A stretch of 64,000 nt of DNA from the human T2T-CHM13v2.0 reference genome, Homo sapiens. The stretch lies in NCBI RefSeq assembly GCF_009914755.1, contig NC_060929.1; one strand, written 5' to 3'. The first letter of the stretch is position 1. The number at the start of each line of letters is the position of its first letter. The translations under genes and the position numbers were made by a program. Below, in pieces: positions 38,326 through 52,481 of this stretch. The notes beneath the pieces were generated by a model, which saw only the letters and a program-made list of their open reading frames with translations, was not told the DNA's origin and ran no database searches.

Positions 38326-40201
38326 CATTCTCAGAAGGTTCTTTGTGATGTGTGCGTTCAACTCACAGACTTGAAACTTTCTTTTGATAGAGCAGTGTTG
38401 AAACACACTTTTTGTAGAATCCACAAGTATTCATTTGGAGCGCTTTGTTGCCTATGTGGGAAAAAGGAATATCTTCACTTAAAAACTAGACAGAAGCATT
38501 CTCTGAAACTCCTCTGTGAAGTGTGTGTTCAATTCACATCGTTGAACCTTTCTTTTGATAGAGCAGTGTTGAAACATACTTTTTGTAGAATCTGCAAGTG
38601 TCCATTTCGAGTTCTTTTGTGCGTATGTTGGAAAAAGTGATATCTTCACCTGAAAAATAGACAGAAGCATTCCAGAAACTGCTTTGTAACACGTGCATTC
38701 AACTCACAGTGTTGAACCTTCCTTTTGAGAGAGCGGTTTTGAAACAGTCTTTTTGTAGTATCTGCAAGTGGATATTTGCAGTGATTTGAGGCCGAAGAAG
38801 GAAAAGGAAATACCTTCAAATAAAAAACTAGACGGAAGCATTTTCAGAAACTGCCTTGTGATGTGTGCATTCAACTCACAGAGTTGAACCTTCCTTTTGA
38901 GAGAGAAGTTTTGAAACAGTCTTTTTGTAGTATTTGCAAGTGGATATTTGGAGCGATTTGTGGAGTATGGTGGAAAATGAAATATCTTCACATACAAACT
39001 AGACAGAAGCATTCTCAGAAACTGCTTTGTGATGTGTGCATTTAAGTCACAGACTTGAAACTTCATTTAGGTAGAGCAGTGTTGAAACACACTTTTTGTA
39101 GAACCTGGTAGTGTTCATTTGGAGAGATTTGTTGCCTATGGTGGAAAAAGGATTATCTTCTCTTAAAAACTAGACAGAAGTATTCTCAGAAACTGCTTTG
39201 TGATGTGTGCATTCAACTCACAGAGTTGAACTTTCCGTTTGAGAGAGCAGTGTTGAAACAGTCTTTTTGTAGTATTTGCAAGTGGATATTTAGAGCGATT
39301 TGAGGCCTATGATTGAAAAGGAAATATCTTCACATACAAACTAGACAGAAGCATTCTCAGAAACTGCTTTGTGATGTGTGCATTCAACCCACAGAGTTGA
39401 ACCTTCCTTTTGAGAGAGCAGTGTTGAAACGGTCTTTTGTAGTATCTGCAAGTGGATATTTGGAGCGATTTGAGGCCTATGACGGAAAAGGAAATATCTT
39501 CACATACAAACTAGACAGAAGCATTCTCAGAAACTGCTTTGTGATGTGTGCATTCAACCGACAGATTTGAACTTTCCTTTTGAGAGGGAGGTTTTGAAAC
39601 AGTCTTTTTGTAGTATCTGCAAGTGGATATTTGTAGTAACTTGGGGCCTCAGATGGAAAAGGAAATACCTTCACATACAAACTAGACAGAAGTATTCTCA
39701 GAAACTCCATTGTGATGTGTGCACTCAACTCACAGAGTTGAACCTTCCTTTTGAGAGAGCAGTTTTGAAACAGTCTTTTTGTAATGTCTGCAGGTGGATA
39801 TTTGGAGGGATTCGAGTACTATGATGGAAAAGGAAATATCTTCACATACAAACTAAACAGAAGCATTCTCAGAAACTTCTTCTGATGTGTGCATTCACCT
39901 AACAGAGTGGAACCGTTCTTTTGATAGAGCAGTTTTGAATCAGTCTTTTGGTAGGACCTGCAAGTTTTCATTTGGAGCGCTTTGAAGCCCATGGTGGAAA
40001 AGGGTCTATCTTCACAAAACACTAGGAAGAAGCCTTCTCAGGAACTTCATTGAGATGTGTGCATTCAACTAACAGAGTTGAAACTGTCTTTTGACAGAGC
40101 AGGAATGAAACACTCCTTTTGTAGTATCTGATTGTGTATATTTGGAACTCTTTGAGTTATTCGTTGGAAACGGGTATCTTCACATAAAAAGTAGACCCAA
40201 G
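38326..40201 (+). repeat. Second copy of the 11-mer HOR variant, 1876 bp
   Basis: It has the same m5/m8 junction (~39060-39110) and the same private alleles (ttccgttt, gattgaaaagg, tatgacgg) as the 33890 copy. Confidence 0.88.
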
Positions 40202-42589
40202 CATTCTCAGAAGGTTCTTTGTGATGTGTGCGTTCAACTCACGGACTTGAAACTTTCTTTTGATAGAGCAGTGTTGAAACACACTTTTTGTAGAATCCAC
40301 AAGTATTCATTTGGAGCGCTTTGTTGCCTATGTGGGAAAAAGGAATATCTTCACTTAAAAACTAGACAGAAGCATTCTCTGAAACTCCTCTGTGAAGTGT
40401 GTGTTCAATTCACATCGTTGAACCTTTCTTTTGATAGAGCAGTGTTGAAACATACTTTTTGTAGAATCTGCAAGTGTCCATTTCGAGTTCTTTTGTGCGT
40501 ATGTTGGAAAAAGTGATATCTTCACTTGAAAAATAGACAGAAGCATTCCAGAAACTGCTTTGTAACATGTGCATTCAACTCACAGTGTTGAACCTTCCTT
40601 TTGAGAGAGCGGTTTTGAAACAGTCTTTTTGTAGTATCTGCAAGTGGATATTTGCAGTGATTTGAGGCCGAAGAAGGAAAAGGAAATACCTTTAAATAAA
40701 AAATTAGACGGAAGCATTTTCAGAAACTGCCTTGTGATGTGTGCATTCAACTCACAGAGTTGAACCTTCCTTTTGAGAGAGAAGTTTTGAAACAGTCTTT
40801 TTGTAGTATTTGCAAGTGGATATTTGGAGCGATTTGTGGAGTATGGTGGAAAATGAAATATCTTCACATACAAACTAGACAGAAGCATTCTCAGAAACTC
40901 CTTTGTGATGGGTTTGTTCAATTCACATTGTTGAACCTTTCTTTTGATACAGCAGTGTTGAAACAAACATTTTGTAGAATCTGCAAGTGCTCATTTCAAA
41001 TGCTTTGTGGCCTATGTTGGAAAAAGTGATATCTTCACCTAAAAAATAGACAGAAGCATTCTCAGGAACTGCTTTGTAATATGTGCATTCAACTCACAGA
41101 GTTGAACCTTCCTTTTGAGAGAGCGGTTTTGAAACAGTCTTTTTGTAGTATCTGCAAGTGGATATTTGGAGCGATTTGAGGTCTAAGAAGGAAAAGGAAG
41201 TACCTTCAAATAAAAACTAGACAGAAGCTTTCTCAAAATCTGCTTTGTGATGTGTGCATTTAACTCAAAGTCTTGATCCTTACTCTTGTTAGAGCAGTGT
41301 TGAAACACACTTTTTGTAGAACCTGGTAGTGTTCATTTGGAGAGATTTGTTGCCTATGGTGGAAAAAGGATTATCTTCTCTTAAAAACTAGACAGAAGCA
41401 TTCTTAGAAACTGCTTTGTGATGTGTGTGTTCAATTCACAGAGTTGAAACTTTCCTTTGATAGAGCAGTTTTGAAACACTTCTTTTGTAGAATCTGCTTG
41501 TGGATATTGGGAGCTCTTTGAGGAATACGTTGTAAAAGGCATATCTTCACATACAAACTAGACAGAAGCATTCTCAGAAACTGCTTTGTGATGTGTGCAT
41601 TCAACTCACAGAGTTGAACCTTCCATTTGAGAGAGCAGTGTTGAAACAGTCTTTTTGTAGTATCTGCAAGTGGATATTTGGAGCGATTTGAGGCCTATGA
41701 TGGAAAAGGAAATATCTTCACATACAAACTAGACAGAAGCATTCTCAGAAACTGCTTTGTGATGTGTGCATTCAACCCACAGAGTTGAACCTTCCTTTTG
41801 AGAGAGCAGTGTTGAAACGCTCTTTTGTAGTATCTGCAAGTGGATATTTGGAGCGATTTGAGGCCTATGATGGAAAAGGAAATATCTTCACATACAAACT
41901 AGACAGAAGCATTCTCAGAAACTGCTTTGTGATGTGTGCATTCAACCGACAGATTTGAACTTTCCTTTTGAAGGGGAGGTTTTGAAACAGTCTTTTTGTA
42001 GGATCTGCAAGTGGATATTTGTGGTGACTTGGGGCCTCAGATGGAAAAGGAAATACCTTCACATACAAACTAGACAGAAGTATTCTCAGAAACTCCATTG
42101 TGATGTGTGACCTCAACTCACAGAGTTGAACCTTCCTTTTGAGAGAGCAGTTTTGAAACAGTCTTTTTGTAATGTCTGCAGGTGGATATTTGGAGCGATT
42201 CGAGTACTATGATGGAAAAGGAAATATCTTCACATACAAACTAAACAGAAGCATTCTCAGAAACTTGTTGTGATGTGTGCATTCACCTAAAAGAGTGGAA
42301 CCGTTCTTTTGATAGAGCAGTTTTGAATCAGTCTTTTGGTAGGACCTGCAAGTTTTCATTTGGAGCGCTTTGACGCCCATGGTGGAAAAGGGACTATCTT
42401 CACAAAAAACTAGGCAGAAGCCTTCTCAGGAACTTCATTGAGATGTGTGCATTCAACTAACAGAGTTGAAACTGTCTTTTGACAGAGGAGGAATGAAACA
42501 CTCCTTTTGTAGTATCTGATTGTGTATATTTGGAACTCTTTGAGTTATTCGTTGGAAACGGGTATCTTCACATAAAAAGTAGACCCAAG
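40202..42589 (+). repeat. 14-mer HOR variant lacking m5, 2388 bp
   Basis: m4 is followed directly by m6 (aaactcctttgtgatgggtttg) at ~40886. Confidence 0.88.
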
Positions 42590-45500
42590 CATTCTCAGAA
42601 GGTTCTTTGTGATGTGTGCGTTCAACTCACAGACTTGAAACTTTCTTTTGATAGAGCAGTGTTGAAACACACTTTTTGTAGAATCCACAAGTATTCATTT
42701 GGAGCGCTTTGTTGCCTATGTGGGAAAAAGGAATATCTTCACTTAAAAACTAGACAGAAGCATTCTCTGAAACTCCTCTGTGAAGTGTGTGTTCAACTCA
42801 CATCGTTGAACCTTTCTTTTGATAGAGCAGTGTTGAAACATACTTTTTGTAGAATCTGCAAGTGTCCATTTCGAGTTCTTTTGTGCGTATGTTGGAAAAA
42901 GTGATATCTTCACCTGAAAAATAGACAGAAGCATTCCAGAAACTGCTTTGTAACATGTGCATTCAACTCACAGTTTTGAACCTTCCTTTTGAGAGAGCGG
43001 TTTTGAAACAGTCTTTTTGTAGTATCTGCAAGTGGATATTTGCAGTGATTTGAGGCCGAAGAAGGAAAAGGAAATACCTTCAAATGAAAAACTAGACGGA
43101 AGCATTTTCAGAAACTGCCTTGTGATGTGTGCATTCAACTCACAGAGTTGAACCTTCCTTTTGAGAGAGAAGTTTTGAAACAGTCTTTTTGTAGTATTTG
43201 CAAGTGGATATTTGGAGCGATTTGTGGAGTATGGTGGAAAATGAAATATCTTCACATACAAACTAGACAGAAGCATTGTCAGAAACTGCTTTGTGATGTG
43301 TGCATTTAAGTCACAGACTTGAAACTTCCTTTAGGTAGAGCAGTGTTGAAACACACTTTTTGTATAATCTACAAGTGTTCTTTGGAGTGCTTTGTTGCCT
43401 TTGTTGGAAAAAGAAATATCTTCACATAAAAACTAGACAGAAGCATTCTCAGAAACTCCTTTGTCATGGGTTTCTTCAATTCACATTGTTGAACCTTTCT
43501 TTTGATACAGCAGTGTTGAAACAAACATTTTGTAGAATCTGCAAGTGCTCATTTCAAATGCTTTGTGGCCTATGTTGGAAAAAGTGATACCTTCACCTAA
43601 AAAATAGACAGAAGCATTCTCAGGAACTGCTTTGTAATATATGCATCCAACTCACAGAGGTGAAACTTCCTTTTGAGAGAGAGGTTTTGAAACAGTCTTT
43701 TTGTAGTATCTGCAGGTGGATATTTGGAGCGATTTGAGGTCTAAGAAGGAAAAGGAAGTACCTTCAAATAAAAACTAGACAGAAGCTTTCTCAGAAACTG
43801 CTTTGTGATGTGTGCATTTAACTCAAAGTCTTGATCCTTACTTTTGTTAGAGCAGTGTTGAAACACACTTTTTGTAGAACCTGGTAGTGTTCATTTGGAG
43901 AGATTTGTTGCCTATGGTGGAAAAAGGATTATCTTCTCTTAAAAACTAGACAGAAGCATTCTTAGAAACTGCTTTGTGATGTGTGTGTTCAATTCACAGA
44001 GTTGAAACTTTCCTGTGATAGAGCAGTTTTGAAACACTGCTTTTGTAGAATCTGCTTGTGTATATTGGGAGCTCTTTGAGGAATACGTTGTAAAAGGCAT
44101 ATCTTCACATACAAACTAGACAGAAGCATTCTCAGAAACTGCTTTGTGATGTGTGCATTCAACTCACAGAGTTGAACCTTCCATTTGAGAGAGCAGTGTT
44201 GAAACAGTCTTTTTGTAGTATCTGCAAGTGGATATTTGGAGCGATTTGAGGCCTATGATGGAAAAGGAAATATCTTCACATACAAACTAGACAGAAGCAT
44301 TCTCAGAAACTGCTTTGTGATGTGTGCATTCAACCGACAGATTTGAACTTTCCTTTTGAGAGGGAGGTATTGAAACAGTCATTTTGTAGTATCTGCAAGT
44401 GGATATTTGTAGTGACTTCGGGCCTCAGATGGAAAAGGAAATACCTTCACATACAAACTAGACAGAAGTATTCTCAGAAACTCCCTTGTGATGTGTGCAC
44501 TCAACTCACAGAGTTGAACCTTCCATTTGAGAGAGCAGTTTTGAAACAGTCTTTTTGTAATGTCTGCAGTTGGATATTTGGAGCGATTCGTGTAGTATGA
44601 TTGAAAAGGAAATATCTTCACATACAAACTAAACAGAAGCATTCTCAGAAACTTCTTGTGATGTGTGCATTCACCTAACACAGTGGAACCGTCCTTTTGA
44701 TAGAGCAGTTTTGAATCAGTCTTTTGGTAGGACCTGCAAGTTTTCATTTGGAGCGCTTTGAAGCCCATGGTGGAAAAGGGACTATCTTCACAAAAAACTA
44801 GGCAGAAGCCTTCTCAGGAACTTCATTGAGACGTGTGCATTCAACTAACAGAATTGAAACTGTCTTTTGACAGAGCAGGAATGAAACACTCCTTTTGTAG
44901 TATCTGATTGTGTATATTTGGAACTCTTTGAGTTATTCGTTGGAAACGGGTATCTTCACATAAAAAGTAGACCCAAGCATTCTCAGAAGGTTCTTTGTGA
45001 TGTGTGCGTTCAACTCACAGACTTGAAACTTTCTTTTGATAGAGCAGTGTTGAAACACACTTTTTGTAGAATCCACAAGTATTCATTTGGAGCGCTTTGT
45101 TGCCTATGTGGGAAAAAGTAATATCTTCACTTAAAAACTAGAAACAAGCATTCTCTGAAACTCCTCTGTGAAGTGTGTGTTCAAATCACATCGTTGAACC
45201 TTTCTTTTGATAGAGCAGTGTTGAAACATACTTTTTGTAGAATCTGCAAGTGTCCATTTCGAGTTCTTTTGTGCGTATGTTGGAAAAAGTGATATCTTCA
45301 CCTGAAAAATAGACAGAAGCATTCCAGAAACTGCTTTGTAACATGTGCATTCAACTCACAGTGTTGAACCTTCCTTTTGAGAGAGCGGTTTTGAAACAGT
45401 CTTTTTGTAGTATCTGCAAGTGGATATTTGCAGTGATTTGAGGCCGAAGAAGGAAAAGGAAATACCTTCAAATAAAAAACTAGACGGAAGCATTTTCAGA

Positions 45501-47365
45501 AACTGCCTTGTGATGTGTGCATTCAACTCACAGAGTTGAACCTTCCTTTTGAGAGAGAAGTTTTGAAACAGTCTTTTTGTAGTATTTGCAAGTGGATATT
45601 TGGAGCGATTTGTGGAGTATGGTGGAAAATGAAATATCTTCACATACAAACTAGACAGAAGCATTCTCAGAAACTGCTTTGTGATGTGTGCATTTAAGTC
45701 ACAGACTTGAAACTTCCTTTAGGTAGAGCAGTGTTGAAACACACTTTTTGTATAATCTACAAGTGTTCTTTGGAGTGCTTTGTTGCCTATGTTGGAAAAA
45801 GAAATATCTTCACATAAAAACTAGACAGAAGCATTCACAGAAACTCCTTTGTGATGGGTTTGTTCAATTCACATTGTTGAACCTTTCTTTTGATACAGCA
45901 GTGTTGAAACAAACATTTTGTAGAATCTGCAAGTGCTCATTTCAAATGCTTTGTGGCCTATGTTGGAAAAAGAGATACCTTCACCTAAAAAATAAACAGA
46001 AGCATTCTCAGGAACTGCTTTGTAATATGTGCATTCAACTCACAGAGTTGAAACTTCCTTTTGAGAGAGCGGTCTTGAAACAGTCTTTTTGTAGAATCTG
46101 CAAGTGGATATTTGGAGCGATTTGAGGTCTAAGAAGGAAAACGAAGCACCTTCAAATAAAAACTAGACAGAAGCTTTCTCAGAAACTGCTTTGTGATGTG
46201 TGCATTTAACTCAAAGTCTTGATCCTTACTTTGGTTAGAGCAGTGTTGAAACACACTTTTTGTAGAACCTGGTAGTGTTCATTTGGAGAGATTTGTTGCC
46301 TATGGTGGAAAAAGGATTATCTTCTCTTAAAAACTAGACAGAAGCATTCTTAGAAACTGCTTTGTGATGTGTGTGTTCAATTCACAGAGTTGAAACTTTC
46401 CTTTGCTAGAGCAGTTTTGAAGAACTGCTTTTGTAGAATCTGCTTGTGGATATTGGGAGCTCCTTGAGGAATACGTTGTAAAAGGCATATCTTCACATAC
46501 AAACTAGACAGAAGCATTCTCAGAAACTGCTTTGTGATGTGTGGATTCAACTCACAGAGTTGAACCGTCCATTTGAGAGAGCAGTGTTGAAACAGTCTTT
46601 TTGTAGTATCTGCAAGTGGATATTTGGAGCGATTTGAGGCCTATGATGGAAAAGGAAATATCTTCACATACAAACTAGACAGAAGCATTCTCAGAAACTG
46701 CTTTGTGATGTGTGCATTCAACCGACAGATTTGAACTTTCCTTTTGAGAGGGAGGTATTGAAACAGTCATTTTGTAGTATCTGCAAGTGGATATTTGTAG
46801 TGACTTCGGGCCTCAGATGGAAAAGGAAATACCTTCACATACAAACTAGACAGAAGTATTCTCAGAAACTCCCTTGTGATGTGTGCACTCAACTCACAGA
46901 GTTGAACCTTCCATTTGAGAGAGCAGTTTTGAAACAGTCTTTTTGTAATGTCTGCAGTTGGATATTTGGAGCGATTCGTGTAGTATGATTGAAAAGGAAA
47001 TATCTTCACATACAAACTAAACAGAAGCATTCTCAGAAACTTCTTGTGATGTGTGCATTCACCTAACACAGTGGAACCGTCCTTTTGATAGAGCAGTTTT
47101 GAATCAGTCTTTTGGTAGGACCTGCAAGTTTTCATTTGGAGCGCTTTGAAGCCCATGGTGGAAAAGGGACTATCTTCACAAAAAACTAGGCAGAAGCCTT
47201 CTCAGGAACTTCATTGAGACGTGTGCATTCAACTAACAGAATTGAAACTGTCTTTTGACAGAGCAGGAATGAAACACTCCTTTTGTAGTATCTGATTGTG
47301 TATATTTGGAACTCTTTGAGTTATTCGTTGGAAACGGGTATCTTCACATAAAAAGTAGACCCAAG
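42590..47365 (+). repeat. Two 14-mer HOR variants lacking m11 (2388 bp each)
   Basis: m10 (ccatttgag) is followed directly by m12 (caaccgacagat) at ~44298 and ~46686, and the caacccacag monomer is absent. Confidence 0.88.
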
Positions 47366-50300
47366 CATTCTCAGAAGGTTCTTTGTGATGTGTGCGTTCA
47401 ACTCACAGACTTGAAACTTTCTTTTGATAGAGCAGTGTTGAAACACACTTTTTGTAGAATCCACAAGTATTCATTTGGAGCGCTTTGTTGCCTATGTGGG
47501 AAAAAGTAATATCTTCACTTAAAAACTAGAAACAAGCATTCTCTGAAACTCCTCTGTGAAGTGTGTGTTCAAATCACATCGTTGAACCTTTCTTTTGATA
47601 GAGCAGTGTTGAAACATACTTTTTGTAGAATCTGCAAGTGTCCATTTCGAGTTCTTTTGTGCGTATGTTGGAAAAAGTGATATCTTCACCTGAAAAATAG
47701 ACAGAAGCATTCCAGAAACTGCTTTGTAACATGTGCATTCAACTCACAGTGTTGAACCTTCCTTTTGAGAGAGCGGTTTTGAAACAGTCTTTTTGTAGTA
47801 TCTGCAAGTGGATATTTGCAGTGATTTGAGGCCGAAGAAGGAAAAGGAAATACCTTCAAATAAAAAACTAGACGGAAGCATTTTCAGAAACTGCCTTGTG
47901 ATGTGTGCATTCAACTCACAGAGTTGAACCTTCCTTTTGAGAGAGAAGTTTTGAAACAGTCTTTTTGTAGTATTTGCAAGTGGATATTTGGAGCGATTTG
48001 TGGAGTATGGTGGAAAATGAAATATCTTCACATACAAACTAGACAGAAGCATTCTCAGAAACTGCTTTGTGATGTGTGCATTTAAGTCACAGACTTGAAA
48101 CTTCCTTTAGGTAGAGCAGTGTTGAAACACACTTTTTGTATAATCTACAAGTGTTCTTTGGAGTGCTTTGTTGCCTATGTTGGAAAAAGAAATATCTTCA
48201 CATAAAAACTAGACAGAAGCATTCACAGAAACTCCTTTGTGATGGGTTTGTTCAATTCACATTGTTGAACCTTTCTTTTGATACAGCAGTGTTGAAACAA
48301 ACATTTTGTAGAATCTGCAAGTGCTCATTTCAAATGCTTTGTGGCCTATGTTGGAAAAAGAGATACCTTCACCTAAAAAATAAACAGAAGCATTCTCAGG
48401 AACTGCTTTGTAATATCTGCATTCAACTCACAGAGTTGAAACTTCCTTTTGAGAGAGCGGTCTTGAAACAGTCTTTTTGTAGAATCTGCAAGTGGATATT
48501 TGGAGCGATTTGAGGTCTAAGAAGGAAAAGGAAGCACCTTCAAATAAAAACTAGACAGAAGCTTTCTCAGAAACTGCTTTGTGATGTGTGCATTTAACTC
48601 AAAGTCTTGATCCTTACTTTAGTTAGAGCAGTGTTGAAACACACTTTTTGTAGAACCTGGTAGTGTTCATTTGGAGAGATTTGTTGCCTATGGTGGAAAA
48701 AGGATTATCTTCTCTTAAAAACTAGACAGAAACATTCTTAGAAACTGCTTTGTGATGTGTGTGTTCAATTCACAGAGTTGAAACTTTCCTTTGCTAGAGC
48801 AGTTTTGAAGCACTGCTTTTGTAGAATCTGCTTGTGGATATTGGGAGCTCCTTGAGGAATACGTTGTAAAAGGCATATCTTCACATACAAACTAGAGAGA
48901 ATCATTCTCAGAAACTGCTTTGTGATGTGTGCATTCAACTCACAGAGTTGAACCTTCCATTTGAGAGAGCAGTGTTGAAACAGTCTTTTTGTAGTATCTG
49001 CAAGTGGATATTTGGAGCGATTTGAGGCCTATGATGGAAAAGGAAACATCTTCACATACAAACTAGACAGAAGCATTCTCAGAAACTGCTTTGTGATGTG
49101 CGCATTCAACCCACAGAGTTGAACCTTCCTTTTGAGAGAGCAGTGTTGAAACGGTCTTTTGTAGTATCTGCAAGTGGATATTTGGAGCGATTTGAGGCCT
49201 ATGATGGAAAAGGAAATATCTTCACATACAAACTAGACAGAAGCATTCTCAGAAACTGCTTTGTGATGTGTGCATTCAACCGACAGATTTGAACTTTCCT
49301 TTTGAGAGGGAGGGTTTGAAACAGTCTTTTTGCAGTATCTGCAAGTGGATATTTGTAGTGACTTGGGGCCTCAGGTGGAAAAGGAAATACCTTCACATAC
49401 AAAGTAGACAGAAGTATTCTCAGAAACTCCATTGTGATGTGTGCACTCAACTCACAGAGTTGAACCTTCCTTTTGAGAGAGCAGTTTTGAAACAGTCTTT
49501 TTGTAACGTCTGCAGGTGGATATTTGGAGCGATTCGAGTACTATGATGGAAAAGGAAATATCTTCACATACAAACTAAACTGAAGCATTCTCAGATACTT
49601 CTTGTGATGTGTGCATTCACCTAACAGAGTGGAACCGTTCTTTTGATAGAGCAGTTTTGAATCAGTCTTTTGGTAGGACCTGCAAGTTTTCATTTGGAAC
49701 GCTTTGAAGCCCATGGTGGAAAAGGGACTATCTTCACAAAAAACTAGGCAGAAGCCTTCTCAGGAACTTCATTGAGATGTGTGCATTCAACTAACAGAGT
49801 TGAAACTGTCTTTTGACAGAGGAGGAATGAAACACTCCTTTTGTAGTATCTGATTGTGTATATTTGGAACTCTTTGAGTTATTCGTTGGAAACGGGTATC
49901 TTCACATAAAAAGTAGACCCAAGCATTCTCAGAAGGTTCTTTGTGATGTGTGCGTTCAACTCACAGACTTGAAACTTTCTTTTGATAGAGCAGTGTTGAA
50001 ACACACTTTTTGTAGAATCCACAAGTATTCGTTTGGAGCGCTTTGTTGCCTATGTGGGAAAAAGGAATATCTTCACTTAAAAACTAGACAGAAGCATTCT
50101 CTGAAACTCCTCTGTGAAGTGTGTGTTCAATTCACATCGTTGAACCTTTCTTTTGATAGAGCAGTGTTGAAACATACTTTTTGTAGAATCTGCAAGTGTC
50201 CATTTCGAGTTCTTTTGTGCGTATGTTGGAAAAAGTGATATCTTCACCTGAAAAATAGACAGAAGCATTCCAGAAACTGCTTTGTAACATGTGCATTCAA

Positions 50301-52481
50301 CTCACAGTGTTGAACCTTCCTTTTGAGAGAGCGGTTTTGAAACAGTCTTTTTGTAGTATCTGCAAGTGGATATTTGCAGTGATTTGAGGCCGAAGAAGGA
50401 AAAGGAAATACCTTCAAATAAAAAACTAGACGGAAGCATTTTCAGAAACTGCCTTGTGATGTGTGCATTCAACTCACAGAGTTGAACCTTCCTTTTGAGA
50501 GAGAAGTTTTGAAACAGTCTTTTTGTAGTATTTGCAAGTGGGTATTTGGAGCGATTTGTGGAGTATGGTGGAAAATGAAATATCTTCACATACAAACTAG
50601 ACAGAAGCATTGTCAGAAACTGCTTTGTGATGTGTGCATTTAAGTCACAGACTTGAAACTTCCTTTAGGTAGAGCAGTGTTGAAACACACTTTTTGTATA
50701 ATCTACAAGTGTTCTTTGGAGTGCTTTGTTGCCTATGTTGGAAAAAGAAATATCTTCACATAAAAACTAGACAGAAGCATTCTCAGAAACTCCTTTGTGA
50801 TGGGTTTGTTCAATTCACATTGTTGAACCTTTCTTTTAGATACAGCAGTGTTGAAACAAACACTTTGTAGAATCTACAAGGGTTCATTTCAAATGCTTTG
50901 TGGCCTATGTTGGAAAAAGTGATATGTTCACCTAAAAAATAGGCAGAAGCATTCCAGGAACTGCTTTGTAATATGTGCATTCAACTCACAGAGTTGAACC
51001 TTCCTTTTGAGAGAGCGGTTTTGAAACAGTCTTTTTGTAGTATCTGCAAGTGGATATTTGGAGCGATTTGAGGTCTAAGAAGGAAAAGGAAGTACCTTCA
51101 AATAAAAACTAGACAGAAGCTTTCTCAGAAACTGCTTTGTGATGTGTGCATTTAACTCAAAGTCTTGATCCTTACTTTTGTTAGAGCAGTGTTGAAACAC
51201 ACTTTTTGTAGAACCTGGTAGTGTTCATTTGGAGAGATTTTTTGCCTATGGTGGAAAAAGGATTATCTTCTCTTAAAAACTAGACAGAAGCATTCTTACA
51301 AACTGCTTTGTGATGTGTGTGTTCAATTCACAGAGTTGAAACTTTCCTTTGACAGAGCAGGTTTGAAACACTGCTTTTGTAGAATCTGCTTGTGGATATC
51401 GGGAGCTCCTTGAGGAACACGTTGTAAAAGGCATATCTTCACATACAAACTAGAGAGAAGCATTCTCAGAAACTGCTTTGTGATGTGTGCATTCAATTCA
51501 CAGAGTTGAACCTTCCATTTGAGAGAGCAGTGTTGAAACAGTCTTTTTGTAGTATCTGCAAGTGGATATTTGGAGCGATTTGAGGCCTATGATGGAAAAG
51601 GAAACATCTTCACATACAAACTAGACAGAAGCATTCTCAGAAACTGCTTTGTGATGTGCGCATTCAACCCACAGAGTTGAACCTTCCTTTTGAGAGAGCA
51701 GTGTTGAAACGGTCTTTTGTAGTATCTGCAAGTGGATATTTGGAGCGATTTGAGGCCTATGATGGAAAAGGAAATATCTTCACATACAAACTAGACAGAA
51801 GCATTCTCAGAAACTGCTTTGTGATGTGTGCATTCAACCGACAGATTTGAACTTTCCTTTTGAGAGGGAGGGTTTGAAACAGTCTTTTTGTAGTATCTGC
51901 AAGTGGATATTTGTAGTGACTTGGGGCCTCAGGTGGAAAAGGAAATACCTTCACATACAAAGTAGACAGAAGTATTCTCAGAAACTCCATTGTGATGTGT
52001 GCACTCAACTCACAGAGTTGAACCTTCCTTTTGAGAGAGGAGTTTTGAAACAGTCTTTTTGTAACGTCTGCAGGTGGATATTTGGAGCGATTCGAGTACT
52101 ATGATGGAAAAGGAAATATCTTCACATACAAACTAAACTGAAGCATTCTCAGAAACTTCTTGTGATGTGTGCATTCACCTAACAGAGTGGAACCGTTCTT
52201 TTGATAGAGCAGTTTTGAATCAGTCTTTTGGTAGGACCTGCAAGTTTTCATTTGGAGCGCTTTGAAGCCCATGGTGGAAAAGGGACTATCTTCACAAAAA
52301 ACTAGGCAGAAGCCTTCTCAGGAACTTCATTGAGATGTGTGCATTCAACTAACAGAGTTGAAACTGTCTTTTGACAGAGGAGGAATGAAACACTCCTTTT
52401 GTAGTATCTGATTGTGTATATTTGGAACTCTTTGAGTTATTCGTTGGAAACGGGTATCTTCACATAAAAAGTAGACCCAAG

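Noticed and set aside
14600-47365. Same ~2.39-kb period in the fossil duplication (left) and in the 14-mer HOR variants (right)
   Set aside because: This is a coincidence of 14 x ~171 bp. The families and strands differ and there are no shared diagnostic alleles.
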